Assembly: GCA_030141605.1 (NCBI GenBank)
Contig: JAQGDQ010000213.1
Location: 62,001-126,000, forward strand
Direction: 5' to 3'
Source: Tubiluchus corallicola
Lineage: Eukaryota; Animalia; Priapulida
Length of the DNA stretch: 64,000 nt
Under the pieces are notes generated by a model. The model made no database searches. It was not told the DNA's origin and saw only the letters and a program-made list of their open reading frames with translations. The position numbers and the translations under genes were made by a program. Shown here one piece after another: positions 43,322-56,796 of the stretch. Positions within the stretch are counted from its first letter, which is position 1, and each line of letters opens with the position of its first letter.

Positions 43322-44013
43322 TCGTAGCCGACGAGACTACAGCATCCTTTTCGACGATCTATACGTCACACGAAAGGTCTTCATCCAAGGGTTCGCACCT
43401 GGGGGTTTATTTTTCGAATCGGGCCTACCGGGAGGAACGGGGGCCAAAGAAACCTCCACAAATGCCCATTTTTGGGCGTTTTTTGCAAAAATTTGCAAAA
43501 CTTATACCTCTTATTTCTAGAGAATTGGTGCGCGTCGTGAGTGGTGCCGGTAATAGTTGAATAGCCCGTTCAACGGTGGGTGTTATAGTCATATTTAGAT
43601 TTCCCTGTAGGCCTACGGCATCCCGTGACTGGCGTTTTCCCGGACCCAACTGCCAATTTTTCGAAATTTTGGCCAAACTGCCTGTAGAGAAAACATTCTA
43701 GCGGCACTCTTGTAAGGAGATATATGGCTCTCTAGAATGACGATGGTGTGAGCTGCATTTTAGGAACATCCACCCTGAGGAGCTGTGATGAGTTAATTGG
43801 AGGTTCCATTTCGGACGATTTTCGCTTGGAAAACTGCTGACGCAAAGCCATTGTTCTGACGTCATCCATTGTACTCTGCTTATAACCTTATAATTTTAAT
43901 TCAGTAAAAGCTGCTAATGGCTTTGCGTTATAAATGAGGACTATGTAGGAAGTTCGCGTATTATTGATTATAAGTGTATTTATACGCAAATTTTTTTGCG
44001 GGGCCTTTGCTAG
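43270..44013 (+). mobile_element. Non-autonomous Helitron, copy 2
   Basis: Starts TCtatatattaatttcgctgg. Ends cgcaaa-ttt-tttgcg hairpin, then gggcctttg, then CTAG|T at 44010-44014. Confidence 0.8.
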
Positions 44014-45595
44014 TTAAAAATTAATTTTGTAAATTGTTCATTAATGATATTCGCGTAGTATATGTACGTTTCATTTATGATAATAATGTACGCGTGGAAC
44101 TTATTAAAAGTGACTCGCAGACCTAAATGGCTGGATTCTCAGATATTTTGTTATAAAATATAGTTCTTACTGGTGCAATAGAAAATGTGACACTATAAAA
44201 ACAATTTATATTTCTACTACTACATCTATTAAAAAGTACAAATTATTAATTTTAATATTGGCATTTCGCTGTGAGGCTGATTAAGTCCTTTGGGTGACGA
44301 ATGTTTTTAAAGAAAAATAAAGAATATTTCTTGAGACTTTTGATATTTGACATTTTGAGAGTATTTTGACATTTTTACTGTCTTATTTTCAAGCTATTTC
44401 CAAATTTTACATCGTATTGGATTTATTTTGCCGTTTCACTTCAGTTTTGTCATTTTACATGAGGCAGGGTCACAGATTTTGTTTTATCACTTCAGTCTAT
44501 TTTCTGTGGTGAGCAATTTTATTAAGTTGTAAAACGAAAGTGCACTTCAAATGGATTATCTGTCAACAGATTTAGTCTAAAATACACAGTCGCGTCATAT
44601 GCCACGGCGAAGTTCTAATTAGCCATGGTATTTACAGGATTAAAATGTTCCTTTGTCTGGTTAGTGGTTACTGTTTCCACAATCATTATAAGAACTGACG
44701 TAGAGGTAATCGAGCAGTTAATTACTTCTTTTTTATTTTACTCGTTTACATAGTGCAGGCTAAAAAGTTGATATGTGCCTCATGTACAACACTTTCTGTC
44801 TTTACAACTAACTTCGAACAATGCTTGACAAGTGCTTTTGGAGGAAACTTTATTGCTGGCCCAGATAACGTATTGCCGGAAAACTGTTTTTTTCTTTCTT
44901 GTTTTGTTTCTAGTAATGGGTCATCGATGTGCGTCTCAAATACATTTCCTTACAAAAATGCATATATTAAATAAAATTTTATGCACAAAATATTTAATAA
45001 TTGTAATAAACCTGATAAATTGATGTTTTCAGAATTTTCCACTGCTCATTTTTTTATCAGATGCAGATGTTACTAGATTCCATTAAAGAAGTTTTGTGCG
45101 TGCATTTGCCGGTGCAAGTCGTGTATTAAATTCTGTCCACGTGTGCATTCTCGAGCTATTTCATTTTTGTTTTACACTCAAATAATTGTTATATACCAAT
45201 TGCACATACACATATAATAATTATATAAGAATTCAAAGCCTCAGCATCAATTGAATTTTTTTCTAGACTTGCGCCGTGCTGCGTAACTCAAGTTTCACTG
45301 ATGTTAAAGATTTCTCCTAATTTTAAAATGCGACTCAATTTTCAAGCTTAAAAGGCAGTTTTATACTTAAACATCGAAATCGGGCCAGGAACTTATGAAG
45401 CCAAATTGATAGCATTAGTGGCTCTAAAACAACGATCAGTCTAGCGTAATCAGCCAAGCGACATGGTTCAATCATTGTTACCGGGAAGCAAACACAACAT
45501 GGAAGGATATTTTATTTTGCCAATTTTTGTGCCGCCCACCCAAGTACAAGGCAAGACTTTGTCACGTAGTTGCTGTTGTACACACTTCATTCACA

Positions 45596-45660
<65 letters not shown>

Positions 45661-46919
45661 ACACTCCTTTATTCATTCACTCATTTGTTCATTCATTCGT
45701 CCATTTTTCGTTCATTCATTTGTTTGACTTATTTAGTGCTTTATGTTATAATAACTGACACAGTCAGCAGTGTAGATAATGATAAATGGCTTTAAACCAG
45801 GACCTGAAAATTGTGTCATTTTATCACCTTCCGTGTACTATTTTATCGTTATAGATTAAAAGTGAAAATATAAGGCGTAATTTAGAACGAAAATTTCCGC
45901 TATGCCATTGAATGTACAAAATAATTAAGAGAAGAGTTCATCAAACTCACTCATTATTGTCGTCGTCGTTATCGCTGTCGCTGTTCTCTTATTGGTGTGT
46001 GCCTAATTTCCTCTGGAATACTATAAAACACGAATGGCAATTCACTTCTGCCAGCTTGCCACTTCAAAAAATACACCCCGACGAAATACATTCTGAACAA
46101 TTTTTTTGCTGGGCGTAATTTTTTTACCATGGTTGTCATGGGATACAATCGAGACAAAGCGCACAAACTCTGGGAACTTGTATGACCTGTGAAATGCATT
46201 GAATTTTACACGTTATTTTCTGAAACAACGTTAAAAATTGAGCCCTAAAGGGTTACTTTGCATTGCTGTATTTTCCTAATGTTAGCAAGATTACACGAGA
46301 ACTACTTTACCGATTGTCATGTTTTAAAACCGTTAAATTTTAGTGCGAATTCTGGGCCACTGAAAGTAAGAGGGTGGCGCCTTAAAAAGTAAGATGTAAA
46401 GTGCACGTATCAGTTGCTTAGAAATCAATTTAACCTACCTGTTAATTTAGCTAGAGAATCCCTGTGTTTTATGCTTCCAGGCGTGCTGTTATCTTAATCT
46501 TTCCTCTGAAACTTACGTGTCATTACTGTTACAAATGCTGAATGCGCCTGTCTGACGCATAATCCGTCTTCAGTCTTCAGCTCCAATTTCTGAACTCAAT
46601 ATTATAGGCGGATCTATTTGCATGCGCGCACCAAATGCTAGTGATGTGGTCAGAATCAGACGACGAAAATAAAACCAGGCGCGTCGCGGACTCATACTTA
46701 ATTCTAGCGAATTAGTTCTCGATGTAAATTCCCAACGAGGTAAAATTTGCAAAATTTTCAAGGGGATAAATTGTATAAAGGTTAACAAGGACGACTTAAA
46801 GAAAAGGAGAAATTAAAGAGAAAGCCAATAATGCGTAAGTTATTGCAGCTTCGTATCGTAAGTTATCGTAACAAAACAAAATTAAATCTATGCAAAACAT
46901 GTCAAAGATGCCAAAGACA

Positions 46920-47240
46920 TTGCCATTGTCCTCGTCACCCACTTCCTCCTTTTTCTCATTCTCACTATCATTACCGTCATTTTCGTTTTCCTCTTCTTCT
47001 TCGACTTTATCATCATCCTTGTTGCCAACACTGCTATCAATTTTGTCATCATCGTCGTCATCGTCATCATTATCGTCATCAACATCTTTGTCGTCATCAT
47101 CCCCACCATTATCACCATCGTCGTTTTGTCGTTGTCGTCGTCATCATCGTTATCGCATCATCATCATCATCATCATCGTAGTTATCAACACCAATGTCAT
47201 CTTCACCACCAAGACCATTATCATTATTATCACCATTGTA
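46920..47240. repeat. Degenerate (TCA/TCG)n trinucleotide low-complexity tract
   Basis: Seen directly. Confidence 0.9.
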
Positions 47241-48351
47241 ATGTAACTGCCGTCATTCTCAAAATGTATACGCAAAATTAAATATAAATAATTTGTGTGT
47301 ATCTGAGAGCAAGGACCGCTATAGTTAACGTTATCCACAAATTTTCAGCTAATTCTTCAGTTAGCTAGTGTTCAGGTTAATGGGTTGTAAGAGTATGATG
47401 AACGTCTTTCTAAATGTGTGCGCAATTACGCAATTTTTGTACTGAGAATTTAATTTTTTGCGTCTCAATACATTATTTTAATTTCTTAGCAGATATGTCA
47501 TTGTTGCATTTGTACTATGACGTACTACTTTGAGAGGAACCATTAAGTCAGTTCAAATCATGACACATGTCACTATAACTCTATTTGTCTTTTCATTTTT
47601 CAACATGACTTTGTTCGTCATTGAGGCGCGTTGGAGCTAATTATTTTAGTGAAATTATTATAATAACCTAAACAAATTTTCCCTAAATTCAGACTTTTCT
47701 GCAAGAAACTGTTATTATCACGGAACTAAGAACGCAGAAAGTGCATTTAGTTCTATTTATTTCAATAGCTGCTGTACAGTTGGCAATTAAATACTATCCA
47801 TATTGTCATTAAAGCAACTTTTCTTGCCTCGTTAATATGAAAATGGATTTTCACAGGTCAAAAAAATAGTCAAAATAAAGGTTTTTCCCAATTAAAAACT
47901 AGTCTATCTTGGTTATCCAAACAGTTACTAACATTAGCAGTACCAATGATCATCATATTATTTTATTTCATATTTAACTATCCATTTATAATAAATAATA
48001 TAAATGTATACATTACATACACGCAAATATGTATACATACATATATGTAAATATCAATTTTGTAAGAAAATTTACAGAAAAAACATAAAAAGAAGCACGA
48101 AATAAACAATATAAGTTAAAATTGATACGGGACACATTAAAATTGACACAAAACGTACAACGTTAATTAATTTTCGATTAAATAATTTGCTGGAGGCAGC
48201 ATTTACATGCGAAAGGCTGGAAGCCTGTTCACATGTTCAGGATGAGAACTCCAGTACTTGACTTTCTTATTATGATAAATGATTTTTTTACACTATTTGC
48301 CATATATGACAACGTTCAATTTGTCTCACCAAGACCTTTCAGTTAATGTAC

Positions 48352-49655
48352 CACAAGCCATTCCTGCTGAACACTGGAAAAATGTCTGGACCCGATCCCG
48401 TATTTTCAATTTTTCGCCCCTAGTGAAAATTTGTCCTGTATCCAAGTGACTCATATTTAACCATGTGCAAGAACACCTAGTCACATGCAAAAAATTGTGC
48501 CTCTAGTTCAGAAACTGTAAGAAAACTGTAACGAACAACTGATAGATATCTACTTTCCTTGGCCCTTTGGCCCGAGATCGTCGTTTACTTCTCCATTATC
48601 TACGCATGTAGTCCCACGCACCTGCCATGCAAGCTTCGTGACTCCAACTTTTTACCTTTTCCAGTTATTTACAAAACTCTATTTTAGCACCTTCGCTCGT
48701 GACCCGTCACTTGGCAAAGCACATCTACCCTTACCTTGCTACCCAAACATACAAAAACATAGACTGCTAGTTCGAAGCTGCAAGAGCAGTAAAACTTTAA
48801 GTGACAAATTCATTTGCCCGAATTTTTACTTTTTGGCTACTATTGCTGTGACCTTTGATCCAGAAGTCAATGTTCCCACGCAGTTTATGGAAAGTTATCT
48901 CAGGTATCTGTATTGCAAATTTCGTAATTATACTTTTGCCCGTTTCATGTACACCCACACCTACTTTAAAAAAATCTTTAACGCACATTTACCCATACTC
49001 TGCTACCCATGCATGCAAAAACAGAAAATCCTAGCCCAAAACTGTAAGAGGAGTCAAGTCACAAAGCATTTTGCATTTACACTAATTTTGCAATTTTTAC
49101 TCTTTGATTGCCATCACTTTGGCCTATGTTCTAGACTCACCATTCTTATACCGTACTCGGGTACCTGATTTTAGCACTTCTGGAGGTATTGACACTAACC
49201 CCATTTTAACACTTTTGCCCATGTCACATGACCTGGCTACACCCCCTTTTTGAAAAATGCTTAATGCACATCTACACCTAACCGGCTACCGTTACATACA
49301 TAAAGTAAACATTGTTTCCTAATCCAGTACTATAAAAGGTGTTGAGTGACAAGTTGAGTTTGCCCTAATTTTCACATTTGGCTGCTATTTTTCTCACACC
49401 CCGTTTTCTGAAAGATACTTAATGAACATCTATCCCAAAAGACCTATGCGCATGCGAAAAAAATGAGTTTGAGTAATAATAGAAGAACTGGCCAATGCCC
49501 TATGTCATTAATCTTTGAACCGAAGTTAAAGGTCACTACGTCATTGTTTGGCTTACTATCCCAAGTGTCTATCTTACAAGTTTGGTGACTCTAGGTAGTT
49601 TAGTTTTTACTTAGTCAGCGTCGCAAAGGACAATCATGAATAAATAGAGTAGACT
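48352..49655 (+). mobile_element. Helentron/HINE-like non-autonomous element with internal repeats
   Basis: Motif ttaa.gcacat.ta.cc recurs at about 48715, 48980, 49260 and 49420. Contains gtgacctttgatcc, aaggtcac and caagtttggtgactctagg. Ends aataaatagagtagact. Confidence 0.5.
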
Positions 49656-50297
49656 GTTATCTGTTGTGTTATAGTTTAAGATTAAGTCCAGTTTTCTTTT
49701 ATGAATTCTGTAAACTATTCATTACTTTTTGAACATCATTTTCCTAGGTAGCTTGCAGTTTCATATTAATACATTCCTAACACAAACTCTCACTCTACTA
49801 GCTTGTTTCTTATCTGGTAAATTCGATTAAACCGCTTTTGATCAATAATTTCTCTCACGAACGAACATGGCATGTTTTTATTTCCGAAAAATTGAGTGTC
49901 AGCACTTCAAAATGGCAGCGAAACATCATGAAGGATGAGCAAGTTTTTATATTATAAAACCCAGCTTTGGCGGACTGGAATGATACAGCATTGGCTGTAA
50001 AGTTTAATGCAACATTATCTCCATCAGAGAAAGACTGCGTACTGTGCTACCACGTAATTAACAGCAAGCTTATTAATCAAGGGTAAGATTATTAAAAATG
50101 TAGTCTGCCGGGGTGTGTTTTAAAGGAAAATGAGCTTTTGAAAAGTGAATGTATTGAATTACTACAAGCTTATTTGGAAAAAGCGAACTTTTTACTCTTT
50201 CTTGCTATTTTTGTTTTAATAATTCAATATCCTCTTGTAAATTGAATAAATTGTAAAAATGCAGAATGTAAACTTTTGTAAATTACTTTTTATGCTG

Positions 50298-50312
50298 CTC
50301 ACTAGATGGCGC
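50298..50312 (+). promoter_or_regulatory. CTCF-consensus-like motif
   Basis: ctcactagatggcgc closely matches CCASYAGRKGGCRS. Confidence 0.4.
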
Positions 50313-51404
50313 GCGGATTAGTCCGTCTGTAAATAGTTTCTTTTGAGACCCGATTTCATCATAAACGTGGACATGAATACTGAAAATTAAGTATGAGGAC
50401 CAGAGCAAGTTCGACTTCACTGCACGTATTAGACTCAAATCCTGAACATTATTTTCTGCAAGTATGAGACTGCTGACACAAAAGTTATTTACCGCAGTTT
50501 GTAAGCGGTTTAATCGGTGTGAGCAAGAAGATTACTCAAACTTGCGGAAATCTTTTTGAGAAAGTGGCGCTGTCAGAATTAGGTGCGTGTCTCAATGTTC
50601 ACGTTTTTCCACACTTTTCCTAAAAATCTAATTGTAAGCTTTCGTTTTTTTGTAACTTGTAATTCAAATACCTAATCGGATAAATCATGAATTGAATTAG
50701 TAAGCGAGTCACGGTCCTGGTCGTATGCTAGGCCCAAATCACTCGTCTGAGTTCCTATAAAATATAGGAAATGAAATGAGTGGTTTACCACTCAATAATC
50801 ATGTTCACGTTGAGTTTGTTTAGTAAGGTGATTTAAGGAAAACAGCTTAGTCGTATTCTGTCTACACGTAAAACGTTTACCCACGACGGTTTGCTGAAGC
50901 ATGTTTCGCATGCAGGTTTATACTATTTTCGCTTGGCCACATCGCAGCATCGTTTGTAATGTCTGGTTATAACTACAGAAGAAGCGCCATAAAAATAATC
51001 AAAATATGCGTGACTGTTAACAATGCCTTACTGCAGTAAAACAGTCTATATTTCATTTTTGACTGTAAAACAGTCTATATTTCATTTTTGACTGTCTTTA
51101 ACACAGAACGAGATTTATAGCCGAGGAAATGGCGGTATTGTAAAGCAGCGTTGTTGCAGACAGATTTTCAAACAGCGTACGAGTTTGAGTTGATTTTAGA
51201 GTGAATGACAAAATCTGAGAAAACCGTGTTAAAAGACAAACGTCATCATATTGTTTAAAAGACAAGAAAAGAACAGAATTCAACAGATAAGCTGAAGAAA
51301 AGATAATTCTTAAATAAAAGTTAAAAAATCGTCTTGAAATTTTGTAATACTTGCATGTTGTTTGGCTTGTTTTACCGGTAACCGGCAATAAAGTAACAGG
51401 AAAA

Positions 51405-51598
51405 AATCCCCGGGAAGAAGTCATAAATTTTGGCTGGGAAAAGTGACGGAAAAAGTCAAAATTACTTTTGGTTAACGTTAGGGTTAGGGTTAAGGGTCAG
51501 GGCTAGAGTTAGAGTTAGGGTTAGTGTTAGGGTTATTTCTTTTTTCCTGTGACATTTCTTTCTGTGACTTTTTTACCTCTGTCTTTTTCCCTGGATTC
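51405..51598. mobile_element. MITE with terminal inverted repeats and a central telomere-like (TTAGGG)n core
   Basis: aatccccgggaagaagtca ... tgtctttttccctggattc form inverted ends. About 9 degenerate TTAGGG units at 51478-51535. Confidence 0.7.
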
Positions 51599-51946
51599 GT
51601 TTTATTAGAAACGCTCTACAAAACTTGTAACTTAAACTCCCTCCCTAGTAGTTATAGAGCAGCCAATTTAACGGCAAACACCTACTTTCTGTAACAACAA
51701 CGGTAAACCAGGGTCACCCAACCATTTAAAGCTAGTATATAAAATTCTGCCTTTATAGTGACTTACAAATATTACATGCAAAATACCCTTCAATCATTTC
51801 ACCAGGGGGGCTAGCATTATTATTACTACATTGTATTCTTATTTGGCCAGGATAATTATTATTATAACATATTATAATTCGCATGAACCAAATATCACTT
51901 AATTGGCTTCCCCAAGTAATATAGAAGCCATTTCATAGCAACGCAA

Positions 51947-52725
51947 TTATCGCCACCCGTCAAGGTGACATTTAGTTTACTCCCCAAGCATTAGCTTGAG
52001 TCTCGTGACTTAATAGTTGAAATTTGGCAGGATGATTAGCTGGGATGTTGAAAATAAGAAATGCAGCAATTCGTTAATTAATCAATTTATTCGCGTTGTT
52101 TAATTAACACACTTTAAATTAATTTAAATTGTTCTTATGATCCAACTAAGTACAAATTTCGTGCGGTGATTTGATGTGATGCTCTTGGTTCAAAAAATGT
52201 AGTACTTCATTAGTTTGTCAATTAATTTAAGCCGTTCAATTAATTAGTTTAAATTGATCTAACTTGCATCTTCCCATAAAACAATCGATTTGAAATTTGG
52301 CAGGATGATTAGCTAGTCTGTCGTTGTTTTGAACAAAAAAATTACAGCAATTCGTTGGTCAGTTAATTAATTAGAGTTGTTTAATTATTTATATTTACTT
52401 GATTTAAATTGCATGTTGTCATTATACAAGTCGAGTTGAAATTTGGTGTGACCATTAGCATGTCCTTGGTTCAAAACAAAAAACGTTGGAATTCGTTAAT
52501 TAGTTAATTAATTAGAGATGTTTAATTATTGCTTTTAGTTAATTTAAACTGCAAGCTCCCAATATCAAATGGAGTTCAAAGTAGGTGTGACGAATTAGTT
52601 AATTAATTAGAACTTTAAATTGAATAATTTTAAATTGATTTAAATTGCATGCCCCCATAACCAATCGAGTTGAAATTTATTGACTAAATGACGAGCAGAA
52701 GTGTACGGCACCAGAAATGTCTCTA
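51947..52725 (+). mobile_element. Helentron-like element with internal ~140-bp AT-rich repeats
   Basis: ttgaaatttggcaggatgattagct-like units at about 52017, 52290, 52436 and 52670. Confidence 0.45.
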
Positions 52726-53096
52726 AAGCCCTATTTCATTTTAAACTTATTTTAATTTTATGTTCCCATGGTCTGCCTCACTAGTTTCATGATTTAGTGA
52801 AAGAACACTACACTGCATACTGTGCAGTATATGCAGTATGTCAAAGCTAGGGTGACCTAGATTTATTTCCAGTCACTCTGAATGTTTTGAAGTTACATTT
52901 CTGTAGTTTGTCTGAAGATGAATGATAATGGATACGCAAGGAAAACCCGAAAACCTCTACGTTCTCAATGTCATTTGCAGGAGCGTTGCGAAATGGGTGG
53001 ATTTGGAAAAATTGCAAACAATAATAATGTTGATTACAAACTTGATCTTGCTTTGAACGAAGCAATAGGGCGTCATTCATTCCTCGGCTATCACGT

Positions 53097-53266
53097 TTAA
53101 AACACAAATGCTCCTGTGCTGTAGAGAAGATCGTAACCAGCTTCTGTACTGATACAAATATCACCATACTCATCAACGAAATTGAAGCTGAACTCGTCTG
53201 AAGCCATACATTCGATTTCTTTGGGACTGATCCGGCTACCAATTCCCGTAACAAACACTGCAACAT
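53097..53266 (-). CDS. VWA gene, terminal coding exon
   Basis: Acceptor ctacttcag| (phase 1): (D)VAVFVTGIGSRISPKEIECMASDEFSFNFVDEYGDICISTEAGYDLLYSTGAFVF*. Matches the VWA motif VF.IGIG....EL..IAS. Confidence 0.9.
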
Positions 53267-54598
53267 CTGAAGTAGATGACAAAATATCCTATAACTTACT
53301 AACAATGACTTTGACGTGAGCAAAGAGCATCTTGCTAAATGTATGCATGCGAATTCACTTTTACTCGTCGAAGCAGTTCGTCAAACACCTTGCTCAGTCA
53401 ACTATATATGCCTAAATTTGGCGTTGTATATTCTTAGAAATAATCAAAAATCGCGAAAATACAGCGCTTTAAAATAATGTATAAATCTAAAATAAATGTG
53501 CCCAAGTTTTATTCCTTGAATATTCTGACTGCTGCAGCATTGCATGTAGCATTATGAAAATAATAAACACAGGAGTTTAGAATATGATTTTCTTTCTTAA
53601 GTTTTTGTTTTAGTAAGCACACCTTTTAGATTGGGAAGTACTGTAACGTATTTTATGTTTTGGGATGTAAAATTTTTAGAAGACTGTTTCTGGAGTAGTG
53701 TTACCTATAGAATTCATTTCTGTAAAGTAACATTTCAACTATGTAATAGACGGAAATTGCATCATATCTTGAGCTTAAAGTTTCGTTTTTCTTATAATTT
53801 TGGTGTAACTTGTTTAATTATAACCTGCAGTGTCTTATATTAGCATGTCATTTGATTTTATTATACCACATTAACATAATTTATGCAAGCATGCTCAAAA
53901 ACTGAACGAGACGTAGTGTTTCATTATTTTATTCATTTCTTAGTACAATACAGTATTAAAGGTGAATACGTTAACAATTCTTCATGATGGATGTACACTT
54001 CTGCCGGGTAATATTTTTATTTAATGCATATTTAAAGAGAAAAAATAATAACGTTTATAATGTTTCAAATATTCATAAAAAAATCATCAAAACGCGGACA
54101 AAATAGAGCTCTGTGTTATAAACACCTTATTTTTTTAATTTAATATCCAAAAATAAAAATAGGCCTATGTGTCTGGCAAAAGTATATTTTTATGAGAAAT
54201 TGTCAAAGTGTTCACCTTCAATGCCCTGTTGTAATGAGAAAGGGAGCGAAACAATGAAGCAACGCGAAAACGGAATATCTGATTCAATTTTTGCACGTAT
54301 CTGCGTAAATTATGTTAATAAGGCATTTTAAAATCTGATAGCGGCTAATTTAACACATTGTGGGATATAGCTGAGCAACTCATATAAAGACATGATGCAA
54401 TTTCGATGTATTATGTAGATGAAATGTTAATATATTTGGATATGCAATTTATCTCAGTAACTATATTCATAACTAAAAAAACGTGTCTAGCAGAAATGGA
54501 TTCTACACATAAAATTACCCCAGAAACCACCTTCAAAAGTTTGATTCTCCAACATTCCAAGTAGATACACTACCTCCCAGTCTTGTATATCAACTTAC

Positions 54599-54775
54599 CA
54601 TCCTTGCGAAGTTTTTCAGCAGCGGGACATGGACTTCCTCCACAATTTGACCTCCCGTCCGTCACAAGAACAGTTATTCTTATTCTATATTTTCCTCTTC
54701 CGGATCTATTTCTGCGTCGGCGAAAAATTGCTCTTGCTTTATCAAAAGCTTTGTTGGAACACGTTTTTCTGCCAC
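54599..54775 (-). CDS. VWA gene, internal exon (MIDAS Thr and TDG)
   Basis: ttacag| ... |gtaagt; 177 nt, phase 1 to 1: (G)GRKTCSNKAFDKARAIFRRRRNRSGRGKYRIRITVLVTDGRSNCGGSPCPAAEKLRKD. Confidence 0.92.
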
Positions 54776-54920
54776 CTGTAAGTCATTTCAGCAATAATAT
54801 TTAGCTAATGAAAAGTTTTTTCAATTTTTGAAGTTTTTTTTATTTTTGTATGGTAAATTACGGAATCAGGCACTGGAAATAATACACAATATTAATGAAA
54901 AGTCTCACAAACACATTGTC

Positions 54921-54921
54921 A

Positions 54922-54959
<38 letters not shown>

Positions 54960-55740
54960 CTTTATCATTGTATATTACTAATTAATATTAATACTTTATT
55001 GTAATAAAACACACAAATTGTACAGTAATAAAACTGTCAGATTATTAGTAAATACATGATTAATACATAGTAAATAAAAAATAAAGACCATTGTGCGTAA
55101 TATCTAATGATGCTGTCTAGGCATAAAAAAAATTAAAATTGCAAACGATACGATACACGAAATATAAGTTATGTAGTACTAACTAATTCTTGTAAATAAA
55201 AAGTATTTCGTATATATATATGACACATATAAAAGCGAAACCATTAAAAATTACATGTATTAAAATCCACTACAAACTGAATTCTAATTTAAAAAGGTGC
55301 GTCTTCAGTAAATTTTTAATTGGCTTACATTGTTTGTGGGTTTAATATGAGCTAGTGGGGGTTCCAAAGGTGTGGGGCAGCCGATTCGAAAACCTGATGA
55401 CCAAATGTAGCATTGATTATAACACTTGAAGTTTCTAGCAGAAGCGGTTCATGATAGCGGTGTAGAGAATAATTAGAGTGTTGTTCTATTTTTGTATACA
55501 AGGTGGCGCAAAAATAGCGTATTTTTGTATACAGCATTTAAGGACTTGTAGACAATTAGAAGTATTTTAAACTAAATTTTAAACGAAACTTGAATGGTAG
55601 CCAATGTAAAAGGTAGAGAGTGGATGTTATATTGTCATATTTTCGAATTTTGCAAATGATTCCCGCTGCTGAGTTTTGTACTCTCTGGAGTTTGTTGAGG
55701 TCAGTGTCTGGCAGACCGTAGAATAGCGTGCAATAAAAGC
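54921..55740 (-). mobile_element. 3' fragment of an L2-clade LINE with (TAA)n tail, inside a VWA intron
   Basis: YCTLFYGLPDTDLNKLQRVQNSAAGII..DNITSTLYLLHWLPFKFR and TFGHQVFESAAPHLWN are classic L2 ORF2 C-terminal motifs. AATAAA and (TAA)n at about 54921-55000. Confidence 0.85.
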
Positions 55741-56796
55741 TTGAACTAGATGGTGGGTGGCTTCTGTAACGTGGGGCGCATCTCACAATCAAGTATGAGG
55801 CAAAAAGCGCACTTATTGTTTGGTAGTGTGTGTCATACTACTCAGTTTTAACTCAACATATCCGTTGAACGCAAAACGTGAAACAAATTTTATGCAGTAT
55901 GCATTTATGCATAAATGTTGATAATATAAAATTAGTTCAAACTAAGTGACAGCAGTTAATTTGTACCCGGGTACCCGTTCAATAAACATGTGTTTCTACA
56001 CTACTCAAAATTTACAGACCGGAAATACTTTCAGATGCTACAAACAATACCAAAAAATTCTCTTTTGCTAACAAAAAAAGATAATCTAATAGTTCACCAA
56101 TGTTTGTGAATATTAAGTCCATAAAGTAAAGCTCCATCCACACGAGGTTGTAATGTAAGCTGACAGCACTTTCAAATGAGTCTTAATTTTATCACTAGTC
56201 CCAAGTCGGTCAAAACAAGTATCGTTGAACAACAGGAAGCAACAGACGGTCTGCACGATTTATGTGCCAAGAGGCAAAACATAAGTTAAAAAAAACTGTC
56301 CCGCATTATTTCTGCCTGCAAGTCTCTCTCGCCACAAGCCAAGTCGTTCTCCATACACACCTGTGTGAAAAACCTCCAAAACCGGTTGTCTAATAGCCTG
56401 GCTTCAATAACACTATAGCAGGATAACCTATATTCGCATATCCGTTCGTCGAGTTTACCATAGTTTCGACCTATGCGCATAACTAAAGTGTAACACCTGG
56501 TTTATACATTGAAATATAAGCTATAAACAACAATTTTGTACAGACCAAACTAAATTACTTATACTCCCGTAATGTTTACATTAGCCAAAAAACATATCTC
56601 ATTTCACAACAATGTTAAACGGGGATAGTAATAACTAAATCTAGTTACAAATACAAAGATATATGCTAAGCTGATCATTACAGCTTCTAATGTTAGATAT
56701 TTATGAATTCGACTAATATTGAGAAGATAGTAATATCAGTTAGAACACGTCTTTTTAACTTGTGTGTAGTCACACAAATTTTCGTCTAAATCCTCT

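Noticed and set aside
42806-43520. His/Thr/Pro-rich and Val/Trp/Gly-rich ORFs
   Set aside because: Derived from the GT-rich tract and non-coding Helitron body.
46831-47338. His/Ser/Met-rich ORFs
   Set aside because: Trinucleotide low-complexity sequence.
52847-53323. 158-aa minus-strand ORF
   Set aside because: Out of frame with the VWA terminal exon and extends into its 3'UTR.
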